Counted from the first letter of the stretch, positions 27,153 through 37,440 are shown. The stretch: DNA of 64,000 bases from an uncultured delta proteobacterium (GCA_963778655.1 CAVZVA010000010.1:1696001-1760000); one strand, 5' to 3'. A program made the numbers and translations. The notes: a model not told the origin generated them from the letters alone.

Positions 27153-27755
27153 CTACTTGTCCTCGCCCCCGTCGTCCGCCAAGTAGCTCAGGATCACCTC
27201 GTCGAGCGACTTGCTGCGCAACGCCTGCCCGGTGCTGAAAATGGTGGCGGGCGTGTCCGCCCGCGGCTGCGTGCTCTTGGGTTGGGCCGCGACCGTATGC
27301 TTGTAGCGGCCGGCCCCTCGCCGCCGCGGCGCCGCCTTGGCCTTCGCCGCCGCAGACTCGGCGATCTTTGCCTCAGCCGCGCGATCGAGCGCGTCCAGGT
27401 CGAGCTCGGGGGCCTTCGGCTCTGGCTCCAGCGGCGGCGCTTTCTTGTCGGCCGCCGCGGTGCCGGCCTGCGCCGACTCCTCGTCCTCGTCGTACACGCA
27501 GTCGCGCAGGGCGATGAACATCGCCTTGTGCTGCTCCTGCATCAGCTTCTTGACGATGTCCTGTAGCTTTTCGGAACCGAGGTACTGTGCGTAGTCGGTC
27601 TTCTTCGAGGAGATGATGCGCCCGCCGTCGGCGAACAAATGCGTGATGATGTGCGGGTGATTGACGCCCGAGTCCTCGGTCTGGATGTGGTACAGCTTGC
27701 CCTTGTGTCGGACGTTGGTGTTGTACCCGAGCAGCGGAGATGGGCTCCTGGACAT
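27153..27755 (-). CDS. Conserved hypothetical protein (GYNTNV..YHIQTED motif)
   Basis: LLGYNTNVRHKGKLYHIQTEDSG..HLFADGGRII..MQEQHK; C-terminal KSLDEVILSYL. Confidence 0.75.
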   Translation of the reverse strand: MSRSPSPLLGYNTNVRHKGKLYHIQTEDSGVNHPHIITHLFADGGRIISSKKTDYAQYLGSEKLQDIVKKLMQEQHKAMFIALRDCVYDEDEESAQAGTAAADKKAPPLEPEPKAPELDLDALDRAAEAKIAESAAAKAKAAPRRRGAGRYKHTVAAQPKSTQPRADTPATIFSTGQALRSKSLDEVILSYLADDGGEDK

Positions 27756-27827
27756 GGTCGACACGATCCCAACCTTATGTAGCAGACTTGCCGCGTACAT
27801 GTCTCCTGGCGCGGTGCCGGGGCGGGC

Positions 27828-28298
27828 GTGAGCGCGTCGCCCCCGCTCGCGGTTCCCGAGCCGCCCGCCGCCGCCCGCGCGCGTGCGATGAACCGCCTGG
27901 GCTGGGCCCTGCTCGGCTGCGGGGCGCTGCTGGTGCTGCTGCTCGCCCGCGTCTTGCAGCCCGACCCGTCCGGCTTCGGCACGCACAGGCAGCTCGGCCT
28001 GCCCCCGTGCGGCTTTCTGCTGCTGACCTCGCTGCCGTGTCCGGCGTGTGGGCTCACCACCGCGTTCGCGCACATGGCGCGACTCGAGGTCGCGTCGGCC
28101 ATGCGCGCGCATCTGCTCGGTGCGCCGCTGTTTGCGCTGACCGTGGCGACCGTGCCGCTGTCGTTCTTCGCTTGCCTGCGCGCCTGGCCAATCGTAGAGA
28201 CGATGAAACGCTTGCGGGCCAGGAGGATCGCAGCGATCATCGCCGTCGCGGCGCTGGTGAGCTGGGTCGCACGCATCGTTGCGATCGCCTTGATCTGA
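27828..28298 (+). CDS. DUF2752 family membrane protein
   Basis: GTHRQLGLPPCGF...PCPACGLTTAF. Confidence 0.8.
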   Translation: MSASPPLAVPEPPAAARARAMNRLGWALLGCGALLVLLLARVLQPDPSGFGTHRQLGLPPCGFLLLTSLPCPACGLTTAFAHMARLEVASAMRAHLLGAPLFALTVATVPLSFFACLRAWPIVETMKRLRARRIAAIIAVAALVSWVARIVAIALI

Positions 28299-28326
28299 CG
28301 CTGCGCACCCGGAGCTCGAGACTCGG

Positions 28327-29202
28327 ATGAGCGCCCTGATCTTGGTGGCCGACGCAGATCCCTTCAACCTGCGGCTCCTGTCGGAGCTGTGCAGCACGCT
28401 CGGCTACGATGTGGTTACCGCCGCCGACGGCGGCGCCGTGCTCGACGCGGTGGCGCGCGAGCGTCCGGATCTGGTGTTGATGGACGTGTCATTGCCGGTG
28501 ATGGACGGCCTGCAGGTGCTGCGTATCCTCAAGGCCGACGGCGATCTATCCCAGCTTCCGGTGGTGCTGGTCACTGCGGACGGCGACGACGAGAGCCGCC
28601 GGCGCGGCTTCGAGATGGGCGCCGAGGACTACGTGGTCAAGCCCTACCGCAGCTTCGAGATCCAGCAGCGCCTGCGCAACGTGCTGCGCCTGCGCGCGGC
28701 CACCGCCTCCGGCTCGACCGCGCCTCCGCCTCCCGGCGAGCGGCTGGACATCGCCGATCCGGCGACCGGCGCGGGCACCACCAGCCAGCTGCACATCAGT
28801 CTCGAGTACGAGTTCACGCGCGCCGTGCGCTACGGCCACCCGCTGAGCTGCGTGGTGGTGCGCTGCCTCAACTACACCCAGATCGCCGCCGGCCTGGGCG
28901 GCGGCTCGGCCCAGCGGGTGCTGGTGCAGCTCGCCGGCGCCCTGCGCGGGTGCATCCGCGGCGTCGACCATCTGTTCCGCTCCGGCCCCGACGAGTTCAC
29001 CATCCTGCTGCCGGAGACCGACGCGCGTGGTTGCCGCATCGTGGTCGATCGGCTCGAGGCCACCACGGGCAAGGACACGCTGTTCGATGCCGACATCAGG
29101 CCGCGCCCGGCGGTCGGTGTGGCCTGCTCCTGTTATCCGGCGCGCAAGGTCGACGACGGCGAGGCGCTGTGGCGCGGGGCCGCCGAATTGCTGCGGAACT
29201 GA
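28327..29202 (+). CDS. Response regulator with degenerate GGDEF domain
   Basis: REC (DLVLMD, MDGLQV, KP); GGDEF-fold C-terminus reading FRSGPDEF. Confidence 0.85.
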   Translation: MSALILVADADPFNLRLLSELCSTLGYDVVTAADGGAVLDAVARERPDLVLMDVSLPVMDGLQVLRILKADGDLSQLPVVLVTADGDDESRRRGFEMGAEDYVVKPYRSFEIQQRLRNVLRLRAATASGSTAPPPPGERLDIADPATGAGTTSQLHISLEYEFTRAVRYGHPLSCVVVRCLNYTQIAAGLGGGSAQRVLVQLAGALRGCIRGVDHLFRSGPDEFTILLPETDARGCRIVVDRLEATTGKDTLFDADIRPRPAVGVACSCYPARKVDDGEALWRGAAELLRN

Positions 29203-29361
29203 GCGCGCCCGGCGTGCTTGGCACTGGGTGCGCCTTGCGCTCGCGGCTTCCGCTGCGTAGGACATGGGCCGTGAGCTGCAGCCTCCCTCGGCCCCGCCGG
29301 CGCGCGCCTCGCCGTGGCGCCGCCGCGGCCCGGCCCCGCCCCGCAGCAGACCGGTAGACGC

Positions 29362-31026
29362 ATGCCCTTTCTCTACTTCATCTTGATGGTGGGCGTGCTG
29401 GTGTTCGTGCACGAGCTCGGACACTTTCTGTGGGCGCGTGCGTTCGGCGTGCGTGTGCTGCGCTTCAGCCTCGGCTTCGGCCCGCGCATCGCGGGCTTCC
29501 GCCGCGGCGGCACCGAGTACGTGATCTCGGCGCTTCCGCTCGGCGGCTACGTGCGAATGCTGGGCGAGAACCCGCGCGATGAGGTGCCCGCCGCGGACCA
29601 GAAGGGCTCGGTTGCGCACCAGTCGATCCCGCGCCGGGTGGTGATCGCGGTCGGCGGGCCGATGATGAGCCTGGCCTTCCCGATCCTGCTCTACTTCGTG
29701 GTGTTTCTCGGCGACAACCGGCTGACGCCCGCCACCGTGGGCCTGGTGCTGCCCAACCGTCCCGCCGCCGGCAAGCTCGCGCCCGGAGACCGTGTGAGCG
29801 AGATCGACGGCTCGTCGGTCGAGACCTTCTACGACCTGACCCGCGTGGTGGAGCGCAGCGCCGGCAAGCCGCTGCGCTTCGTGATCGAGCGCGACGGCAA
29901 GCGCATCGAGCGCACGATCACGCCGGTGGCCGATATCGCGGAGCTGCCGCTCGACTTGCGCAAGAAGGTCGGTCGCATCGGCATCATGCCCAATCATCCG
30001 CTCGCGGTGATCGGCGTCGGCTCCACGAGCTCGCCTGCGGCCGCAGCCGGGCTGCAGACCTTCGACGTGGTGGTGGCCGCCGCGGGGCGGCCGATCAGGC
30101 GCTTCCTCGATCTCGACCACGCGTTGCAGCACAACCGCGGCACGCTGGTCCCGCTGACCTACCTGCGGCCCACCCGAGTGCAGGGCGCGCTCGGCGGCCT
30201 GTGCGACTTCGACGTGTTCGAGCCGCGCATCGCCGCGCTCACGCCCGACCCGGGCAAGGGCGACGCGCTCGGCCGCGCCGGGCTCGAGCTCGCCGACCTC
30301 TACGTGAGCGACGTCACCCCGGGCTCGCCCGAGCAGCGCATCGGCCTGCAGCCCGGCGATCGGCTGCTCGCGCTCGACGGGCGTCCGATCCAGATGTGGG
30401 CGGCCTTTCTCGAGGATCTGCGCGCCGGCCGCGGCGTCGAGCACGAGCTGCGCTGGCGCCACGGCGAACAGGAGCACTCGGCGCGCTTCGCGCTGGAGCA
30501 CGAGCACGGCATGGGCGAGCACGGGCAGGGCTACGACCGCTACGTGCTCGGCCTGCTCAACTGGGTACCGTCGCGGCTCGACCCCAGCGTGCCCAATCCC
30601 CACGCGCTGCTGTACGCGGCGCGCGAATCGCTGCGCGCCACCGACGAGGTCGTCGAGCTGACGCTGGTCTCGATCCTGCGGCTGATTCAGGGCCGGCTCA
30701 GCATCAAGTCGATTGGCGGTCCGCTGACCATTTTCGACGTGGCGGGCACAGCGGCGCGCCAGGGCGCGCTCAACTACCTCACGGTGATGGCGTTCATCAG
30801 CATCAACCTCGGACTGATCAACCTCTTGCCGATCCCGCTGCTCGACGGCGGCCACCTGCTGTTCCTGGTCTACGAGGCGGTGGTGAGGCGCCCGCTCAGC
30901 ATCCGGCTGCGCGAGTATGCGCACATCGCGGGCCTGCTGATGCTGCTGGCGATCATGATCCTCGCGTTCAAGAACGACATCGAACGCCAGTGGCCGCAGA
31001 TCGTGGACGAGCTGACCGCCGAGTAG
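29362..31026 (+). CDS. rseP: RIP metalloprotease RseP with PDZ domains
   Basis: HELGH, FSLGFGP, PLGGYV, NLLPIPLLDGGH. Confidence 0.95.
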   Translation: MPFLYFILMVGVLVFVHELGHFLWARAFGVRVLRFSLGFGPRIAGFRRGGTEYVISALPLGGYVRMLGENPRDEVPAADQKGSVAHQSIPRRVVIAVGGPMMSLAFPILLYFVVFLGDNRLTPATVGLVLPNRPAAGKLAPGDRVSEIDGSSVETFYDLTRVVERSAGKPLRFVIERDGKRIERTITPVADIAELPLDLRKKVGRIGIMPNHPLAVIGVGSTSSPAAAAGLQTFDVVVAAAGRPIRRFLDLDHALQHNRGTLVPLTYLRPTRVQGALGGLCDFDVFEPRIAALTPDPGKGDALGRAGLELADLYVSDVTPGSPEQRIGLQPGDRLLALDGRPIQMWAAFLEDLRAGRGVEHELRWRHGEQEHSARFALEHEHGMGEHGQGYDRYVLGLLNWVPSRLDPSVPNPHALLYAARESLRATDEVVELTLVSILRLIQGRLSIKSIGGPLTIFDVAGTAARQGALNYLTVMAFISINLGLINLLPIPLLDGGHLLFLVYEAVVRRPLSIRLREYAHIAGLLMLLAIMILAFKNDIERQWPQIVDELTAE

Positions 31027-31031
31027 CCGCC

Positions 31032-32453
31032 ATGCGCGAGCAGAGCAAGCGCGACGCGGGAGCCCGGCGCGGGCGGCCGAACAGGCGGGGCGGGCCGGGC
31101 GCGCGCTCGCCGCGCGCGCTCGCCATCCGCGTGCTCGAGCGCGTGGCCGAGCGCGGCGCTTACGCCAGCCGCGCGCTCGACGCCGAGCTCTCGCGCCGCT
31201 TCGCCGCGCTCGACGCCCGCGACGTCGCGCTCGCGACCGAGATCGTATACGGCACGCTGCGCGCGCTGCCCGAGCTCGACGCGCGCATCGCTGCCTGCCT
31301 GCGGCGTCCCGGCCAGGCCCTCGACGGCGTGCTGCGGGCGGCCCTGCGCAGCGGTTGCTATCAGCTCGCCTACCTGGGGCGCGTGCCGGCGCACGCGGTG
31401 GTGGACGAGACGGTGCGCGTGGTGCGCGCCGAGCGCGGGCCCGCGCTGGCGGGCGTCGCCAACGCGGTGCTGCGCAAGCTGGCGGCCACCGCGCCGGTCG
31501 CGCCCCCGCGCGAGCGGGCGCTGGCGCTGCCGCCTTGGCTGGCTCGGGCGCTGGTCGAGGCGCTGGGCGAAGCGCGTGCCGCGAGCTTGCTGGCAAGCGG
31601 GCGACTGCCCCCGCCGCTGTCGCTGCGCGTGGCCGCGGGCGAGGATCGCGAGGCTCTCGCCGCCACGCTGCAAGCCGCACGGCCGGCCGCCGAAGTCCGT
31701 CCAGCACGGCTTTCGCCCCGCGCCCTACTCGTGCGCAGAGCCGGCGACCCGCGCGCGCTGCCCGGTTACGCGCAGGGGCACTTCAGTGTGCAGGAGGAAG
31801 GCGCTCAGCTCGTGGCGCTGTGCCTGGGCGCCCGCCCAGGCGAGCGCGTCGCCGACCTGTGTGCGGGCCACGGTGGCAAGACGGCCGTGCTCGTGGAGGC
31901 GGTGGGGGCGCAGGGCGAGGTCACCGCCGTCGACCTCGACGAGCGCAAGCTCGCCGGCATCCCGCAGGAGCTCGCGCGGCTGCGGCTCGAGGCACCCAGG
32001 CTCCAGCTGCGCGCGATCGACCTGCGGGTGGGGGCCGGCGGCCTCACCGCTGCGTTCGATCGCGTGTTGGTGGACGCGCCCTGCACCGGCCTCGGCACCC
32101 TGAGGCGGCGGCCGGAGCTGCTGCTGCGCGTGACCGAGGCCGACCCCGAGCGGCTCGCCGGCGAGCAGCGCGCGATCCTGCGCCAGGCTGCCCGCCTGGT
32201 TCGCCCGGGCGGCATCCTGCTGTATGCCGTGTGCTCGCCGCTGCGCCAGGAAGGCGTGGAGGTCGTGCGATGTTTCGAGTCCGAGTCGGCCGGCTTCGCC
32301 CGTTGCTGGGAGCAAGCTGCCTGCGGTCTGCCCGAGCTGCACGCGGACGACGACGGGGTATTGCGGCTGGGTCCCTGGCTGGGCGGCCCGGACGCCGATT
32401 CACCGGACGCGTACCAGCTCGCGCGCTGGCGCGCGCCGCTTGGTCCGTGCTGA
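31032..32453 (+). CDS. rsmB: 16S rRNA m5C967 methyltransferase (Sun/Fmu) with NusB-like N-terminal domain
   Basis: VQEEGAQ, DLCAGHGGKT, DRVLVDAPCTGLG, LYAVCS. Confidence 0.88.
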   Translation: MREQSKRDAGARRGRPNRRGGPGARSPRALAIRVLERVAERGAYASRALDAELSRRFAALDARDVALATEIVYGTLRALPELDARIAACLRRPGQALDGVLRAALRSGCYQLAYLGRVPAHAVVDETVRVVRAERGPALAGVANAVLRKLAATAPVAPPRERALALPPWLARALVEALGEARAASLLASGRLPPPLSLRVAAGEDREALAATLQAARPAAEVRPARLSPRALLVRRAGDPRALPGYAQGHFSVQEEGAQLVALCLGARPGERVADLCAGHGGKTAVLVEAVGAQGEVTAVDLDERKLAGIPQELARLRLEAPRLQLRAIDLRVGAGGLTAAFDRVLVDAPCTGLGTLRRRPELLLRVTEADPERLAGEQRAILRQAARLVRPGGILLYAVCSPLRQEGVEVVRCFESESAGFARCWEQAACGLPELHADDDGVLRLGPWLGGPDADSPDAYQLARWRAPLGPC

Positions 32454-32480
32454 GTGGCATGCGCCGGCCTGCGCCTTCGC

Positions 32481-32509
32481 TTGACAGGTGTGCGCCGCCC
32501 CCGTACATT
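32481..32509 (+). promoter_or_regulatory. Sigma70 promoter of tRNA-Pro
   Basis: TTGACA (32481-32486), 17-bp spacer, TACATT (32504-32509), 20 nt before the tRNA. Confidence 0.75.
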
Positions 32510-32529
32510 CCGCGGCGCAAAATTCTATA

Positions 32530-32605
<76 letters not shown>

Positions 32606-32643
32606 CAAATGAGGGAGTTGCCGAGAGAGCTTACGAGGAAGCC

Positions 32644-33252
32644 ATGAGCAAAGCCGTTTCGCCGATGCGGGTGCTCGTCGTGGACGACGACCGCGAGATT
32701 TGCGACTACATGCAGACGTTCTTGGCCAAGGACGGCATGGAGGTCAAAACCCTGTCGGACCCGGAGAAGGTGGCCGACGAGGTCAAGAACGGCGGCTATC
32801 ACATGGTTGTGCTCGACCTGATGATGCCCAAGCTCGACGGCGTCGAGGTGCTGCAGCGCATCCGCAAGGTAGACTCGGACGTTGCCGTGGTGATCTTCAC
32901 CGGCTACCCGTCGCTCGAGAGCGCGGTGCAGTCGATGAAGCTGGACGCCGTCGACTACCTGAAGAAGCCCTTCGATCCGGACGATTTCCGCGAGGTGGTC
33001 GATCGCGTGATGCGCAAGAAGGGCTTGATGCGCTCGCCCGAGGAGAACCTGCACCGCGTGATCGGCGAGACCGTGCGCAACCTGCGCAAGGAAGCCAATC
33101 TCACGCTCAAGCAGATGGCGCGCCGCACCGGGCTGTCGGTCTCGCTGCTGTCGCAGATCGAGCGCGCCGAGTCGAGCGCCTCGATCAGCTCGCTGTACAA
33201 GATCGCCAGCGCCCTGGACGTACGCATCCAGGATCTCTTCGGCGATTACTGA
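32644..33252 (+). CDS. digR: Response regulator with C-terminal HTH-XRE (DigR-like)
   Basis: REC plus TLKQMARRTGLSVSLLSQIERAESSASISSLYKIASAL; architecture matches myxobacterial DigR as recalled. Confidence 0.75.
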   Translation: MSKAVSPMRVLVVDDDREICDYMQTFLAKDGMEVKTLSDPEKVADEVKNGGYHMVVLDLMMPKLDGVEVLQRIRKVDSDVAVVIFTGYPSLESAVQSMKLDAVDYLKKPFDPDDFREVVDRVMRKKGLMRSPEENLHRVIGETVRNLRKEANLTLKQMARRTGLSVSLLSQIERAESSASISSLYKIASALDVRIQDLFGDY

Positions 33253-33261
33253 TGTAACCGG

Positions 33262-33561
33262 GAGGGTCACGCGACCCTCCCGCCCCGCCGGCAAAGCCGT
33301 CGGGGCCCCACCCACCCGCGGGGCTCGCAGCGCTCGCGCGTGCGCTGAGGTCGTCAGCGTGTAGGGCATCGAGGGTCACGCGACCCTCCCGCCCCGCCGG
33401 CAAAGCCGTCGGGGCCCCACCCACCCGCGGGGCTCGCAGCGCTCGCGCGTGCGCTGAGGTCGTCAGCGTGTAGGGCATCGAGGGTCACGCGACCCTCCCG
33501 CCCCGCCGGCAAAGCCGTCGGGGCCCCACCCACCCGCGGGGCTCGCAGCGCTCGCGCGTGC
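33262..33561 (+). repeat. Tandem array, 109-bp unit x ~2.75, built on REP-like family A
   Basis: Units start at 33262, 33371 and 33480 (GAGGGTCACGCGACCCTCCCG...) and are identical by eye; between convergent genes. Confidence 0.93.
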
Positions 33562-33576
33562 TCGCGGGGCTCGCTA

Positions 33577-34713
33577 CTAGCCGAGCGGGTCTTCTTCGGT
33601 GTCCTCGCGTGAGCTGCGCGCCCTCTGCTTGGCCAGGGCGCGGCGTTGCTGTTCGGCGCGCACGTAGTCGACCATCACGGTCAGGTAGCCGGTCGCCTTG
33701 GGGCAACTGATGCCTTTGCCGCTCAGCAGCTCGCGGGTGTTGCGCGCGTCATAGGTGACCTCGGTGGCGAGTTGCTCGAGGAAGCTGCGCGGGATCTGGC
33801 TGAACCGTTCCAGTCCCGGCGTGCGCAACAAGGCCGTCGCGAGCTGGCTGGGCAGGCTGCCCACAGGCCCTGGGCGCCCCGCCGCCTCCGCGATCAGCTC
33901 GAACACGCGCCGCGCGCTCGGCGGGTGCTCGTCCACCAGATGGAAGGTGCGGCCGATCGCCTGCGGATCTCTGGAGATCGCATACCCCGCGTCCACCACG
34001 TAGTCGATCGGCACCAGGTTGAGCGGCACGTCGCCGCGCCCCGGCAACGGCACCCGCAGGTCCACCGGCGAGCTCAACATGAGCAGGATCAGCAGGTAGG
34101 GTCCCTCCATCCGATCGATCTCGCCGGTCTTCGAATCGCCCACCACGATCGAGGGCCGCAGGATTGTCGTGGGCACGTGGTCCATTGCCTCGCGCACCAT
34201 CTGCTCGGCGCGATAGCGCGTCTCGTCCACCACGCTGGGAAAGCTCGGTGGGCACGGCAGCTCGCCCTCGGCGATGCGCCCGTGCAGCTTGCCGCTCACC
34301 ATCGCGGTCGACCACAGCACCAGCCGGCAGCCCTTGGGGCTCGCTTCGCATAGCTCGAGCACCTCCGCGGCGCCGCCGACGTTGACGCGCTCGGCGACCT
34401 CGCGCCGCACCCCGGCGTAGGTCGCGGCCGCGCAGTGGTGGACGACCTCCACGCGTTCGGCCAGCTCGCGGAAGCGCCGGCCCGACATCCCGAAGTCCAT
34501 TTCGCCGGCATCCCCGATCACGAGCTCCACGCGCGCCCGCGGCTCGGTCGGGAGCGCGTCCAGTCGTGCCTCCGCGCTCTCGAGCTGCTTGCGCGAGGTC
34601 AGGCACAGCACCCGCGTGCCCGGCTCCGCCGCAAGCACCTTGGCAAGCAGCCGCCGCGCCAGAAACACGCCGGGAAAGCCCGTCAGCAGCAGCACCGGCT
34701 CGGCCTCGTTCAT
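33577..34713 (-). CDS. Extended SDR / NAD-binding oxidoreductase (male-sterility-like)
   Basis: LLTGFPG..ARRL, NVGG, ILRPSIVVGDS, NLVPIDYV. Confidence 0.85.
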   Translation of the reverse strand: MNEAEPVLLLTGFPGVFLARRLLAKVLAAEPGTRVLCLTSRKQLESAEARLDALPTEPRARVELVIGDAGEMDFGMSGRRFRELAERVEVVHHCAAATYAGVRREVAERVNVGGAAEVLELCEASPKGCRLVLWSTAMVSGKLHGRIAEGELPCPPSFPSVVDETRYRAEQMVREAMDHVPTTILRPSIVVGDSKTGEIDRMEGPYLLILLMLSSPVDLRVPLPGRGDVPLNLVPIDYVVDAGYAISRDPQAIGRTFHLVDEHPPSARRVFELIAEAAGRPGPVGSLPSQLATALLRTPGLERFSQIPRSFLEQLATEVTYDARNTRELLSGKGISCPKATGYLTVMVDYVRAEQQRRALAKQRARSSREDTEEDPLG

Positions 34714-35378
34714 GTCCGGTCCTCGCTGGCGGGTACGCTCGCAGTCAGGCCGAAGCGCCGCATGATCTCGCGGTGCACAGCGAGCGTGCGGTGTTCCAGC
34801 TCCTGCAACGAGCCGTCGTTTTGGATCACGTAGTCCGCGACCTCGATCTTGCGCGCCAGCGGCAGCTGGGCGGCAATCCGTCGCCGGGTCTCCTGCTCGT
34901 CGGCCCGGTCACGCGTCACCGCGCGCGCAACCTGGGTCGCTTCGTCCGCCGCCACCACGATCAGCGCGTCGAAGCCTCGGTGCGCGCCGACTTCGACCAG
35001 CAAGGGCGCGTCGTAGACCACGTAGGGCGCCCCGCGCGCGGCCAGCGCCGTGAGGCGCTCGGCGCTCAGGCGTCCGATGCGAGGATGCGTGATCGCCTGC
35101 AGCCGTCGCCGCGCCTGCTCGTCGTCGAACACGATTGCCGCCAGTCGCGTTCGGTCCAGGCTGCCGTCGGCGAGCAGCACCCCCGACCCGAACGCCTCGA
35201 CCACCTCGCGCAGGCCCTCGCTGCCTGCGGCGACCACCTCGCGCGCGAGCGCGTCGGCGTCCACCACGCCCACGCCCTGCTGCGCGAGCACGCGCGCGAC
35301 GCAGCTCTTGCCCGACGCGATGCCTCCGGTCAGGCCGATCGTGGGCTTTTTCCCCGTGTGCGCAGCGGCTTGGCTCAT
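34710..35378 (-). CDS. coaE: Dephospho-CoA kinase
   Basis: IGLTGGIASGKS, DADALAREVV, ITHPRI, DAPLLVE. Confidence 0.96.
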   Translation of the reverse strand: MSQAAAHTGKKPTIGLTGGIASGKSCVARVLAQQGVGVVDADALAREVVAAGSEGLREVVEAFGSGVLLADGSLDRTRLAAIVFDDEQARRRLQAITHPRIGRLSAERLTALAARGAPYVVYDAPLLVEVGAHRGFDALIVVAADEATQVARAVTRDRADEQETRRRIAAQLPLARKIEVADYVIQNDGSLQELEHRTLAVHREIMRRFGLTASVPASEDRT

Positions 35379-35385
35379 GACTGGA

Positions 35386-35835
35386 TCAGAAGCGCTTCTC
35401 GCTGTCGAGCAGGATCGTCACCGGTCCGTCGACCACGCAGTGGACATCCATCATCGCGCGAAAGCGCCCGGTTTCAACTCGCAGCCCGCGCTCGGCCAGG
35501 GCGCCGCACACGCGCTCGTACAGTCGCTGCGCGCGCTCGGGCTCGGCGGCCGCGTCGAACGAGGGCCGCCGCCCCTTGCGCACGTCGCCGTAGAGGGTGA
35601 ATTGCGAGACAACCAGCACCGCGCCGCCGCTCTCGCACACATCGCGCGCCATCCGTCCCTGCTCGTCCGGGAACACGCGCAGCCCGGCCAGCTTGCCCGC
35701 CATCCACTCGGCGTGCTCCTCCCCGTCGTTCTTGCCCGCGCCCAGATACACCAGCAGGCCCGGCCCGATGCGCCCGGTGGTCTCGCCGCCGACCATTACG
35801 TGTGCAGCGCTGACGCGTTGCGCGACCGCCCGCAT
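35386..35835 (-). CDS. dtd: D-aminoacyl-tRNA deacylase
   Basis: [29 protein letters not shown]. Confidence 0.96.
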   Translation of the reverse strand: MRAVAQRVSAAHVMVGGETTGRIGPGLLVYLGAGKNDGEEHAEWMAGKLAGLRVFPDEQGRMARDVCESGGAVLVVSQFTLYGDVRKGRRPSFDAAAEPERAQRLYERVCGALAERGLRVETGRFRAMMDVHCVVDGPVTILLDSEKRF

Positions 35836-35974
35836 GGGCGCAGCCTAGCACGCCGCCGCCGCGCGCTGGGCGGCTCACGCGCGATCCGATCTCTGGCAGC
35901 TCTAGCGAAACTGCGCCTCAGACCCACGAGACCTGCTGGTCTACTCGCGTCAAGACAGGGCCTCGCTAGGCTTC

Positions 35975-36064
35975 ATAACCGGGAGGGGCACGCGCCCCTG
36001 CCGCCCCACCGGCCAAGCCGTTGGGGCCCCACCCTGCCGCGAGGTCGCCTCGCTCCGCTCTCGC
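35975..36064 (+). repeat. REP-like palindromic element (family A)
   Basis: ATAACCGGGAGGGGCACGCGCCCCTGCCGCCCCACCGGCCAAGCCGTTGGGGCCCCACCC. Confidence 0.75.
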
Positions 36065-36142
36065 AACCTTGACTCACCTGTCCAGATCAGCCGGCCTCAA
36101 GGACTCTAGCCGCGCGTCGTAGGCCGTGCTCCAATTCCTGCG

Positions 36143-37189
36143 ATGACAGACGACTCTCCGGCTCGGTTCGAGATCCGGGCCGCCACCCGCGAGCACCACG
36201 CCAGCCTGTGTGAGCTCGCGCGTTATCTCGACACGGTCAACCTGCCCGACGATCCGGAGGCGCTCGAGGCCGGGCTGTTGACCTCGGAGCGCTCGTTTCG
36301 CGGGGAGATCGCGGACCCTCGCAGGCGCGAGTTCGTATTCGTGCTGTGGGACCGCGTCGCCGAGCGCGCGGTGGGCACCTCGATGGTGATCGGGCAGCTC
36401 GGCCGCCGCGACGCGCCCTACATCTATTTCGACGTGCGGCGCGAGGAGAAGTACAGCGCGACGCTCGATCGCCACTTCGTCCACACCATCCTGGCCACGA
36501 CCTACTCCTACGACGGCCCGACCGAGATCGGTGGGTTGGTGGTTCATCCGGAGTATCGGCGCCGGCCCGAGCGTCTGGGCGCGATGATCTCCTACGTGCG
36601 CTTTCTGTTTCTCGCGATGCGGCGCGCCGACTTCCGCCACCAAGTGCTGGCCGAGTTGCTGCCTCCGTTGCAGGCCGACGGCACCAGCCATCTGTGGGAG
36701 GCGATCGGCCGCCGTTTCACCGGGCTGAGCTACCGAGAAGCCGACCGCCTTTCCAAACGCAACAAGGAGTTCGTCAAGGGGCTGTTTCCCGATCAGGTCT
36801 ACGCCACTCTGCTCGCCGACCAGGCCCGCCGCGTGATCGGCCAAGTCGGCACGCAGACCGCGGCAGTCGAGAAGCTGCTGCGACGCATCGGCTTCCGCTA
36901 TGCCGAGCGCGTCGACCCCTTCGATGGCGGCCCTCACTTCATCGCATTTACCGATGAGATCGCCCTGGTGCGGCGCGCCAACCAGGCGGCCGTAGAGCTC
37001 ACTCCGGGCGGCCCTGGCGCCACCTCCCCTGGCGCCCTCGCAGCACGCCAGAGCGCCGGCCCGCCCTATTTCGTAGCCGTGCCGGCGGGCGCGCTCACCC
37101 AAGGGCGCGTGCAGCTTTGCGCTGAGGCGGCCGCGCGGGTGGGGGTGGCCGCCGGAGATCGGCTGTGGACGCTACCGCTGCCCGATTGA
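36143..37189 (+). CDS. astA: Arginine N-succinyltransferase
   Basis: NLPDD, GPTEIGGL, VLAEL, LWEAIGRRF, IGQV, DPFDGGP. Confidence 0.88.
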   Translation: MTDDSPARFEIRAATREHHASLCELARYLDTVNLPDDPEALEAGLLTSERSFRGEIADPRRREFVFVLWDRVAERAVGTSMVIGQLGRRDAPYIYFDVRREEKYSATLDRHFVHTILATTYSYDGPTEIGGLVVHPEYRRRPERLGAMISYVRFLFLAMRRADFRHQVLAELLPPLQADGTSHLWEAIGRRFTGLSYREADRLSKRNKEFVKGLFPDQVYATLLADQARRVIGQVGTQTAAVEKLLRRIGFRYAERVDPFDGGPHFIAFTDEIALVRRANQAAVELTPGGPGATSPGALAARQSAGPPYFVAVPAGALTQGRVQLCAEAAARVGVAAGDRLWTLPLPD

Positions 37190-37274
37190 GGCCCGCGTTC
37201 GGCTCTGGCAAGGCGCGAAAATCGCAGGCGTTTGACCGCCCGCACCGGGATCGACACTAGCTGCGCAAAAGCGC

Positions 37275-37302
37275 TTGACGCCGAGGCAAGCGCGAGTAGA
37301 GT
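37275..37302 (+). promoter_or_regulatory. Putative rRNA operon promoter
   Basis: TTGACG, 16-bp spacer, TAGAGT; a further TTGACC candidate at 37385. Confidence 0.55.
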
Positions 37303-37440
37303 CCGCCACCCACGGTCGGGAACGCGGATGCTGCCATGCAGTACCGCGAGGCCCGGCGGACCTCGGATACGGGTCGGAAATAGCTTGACCTTGTAACTGT
37401 GTTCCGCTAGCCTACTCCGCCCCGGTCTACGGACCGCCTC

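Noticed and set aside
28546..31707. 1053-aa minus-strand ORF and the many similar long Arg/Ala/Gly-rich ORFs
   Set aside because: Shadow frames of genuine genes, expected in high-GC DNA; no recognisable motifs
33262..33561. CRISPR array
   Set aside because: Units are 109 bp and identical with no unique spacers; no cas genes in the window
35902..35969. CTAGCGA...TCGCTAG-bounded mini element
   Set aside because: Only a 7-bp inverted repeat and a single copy in the window; could be chance
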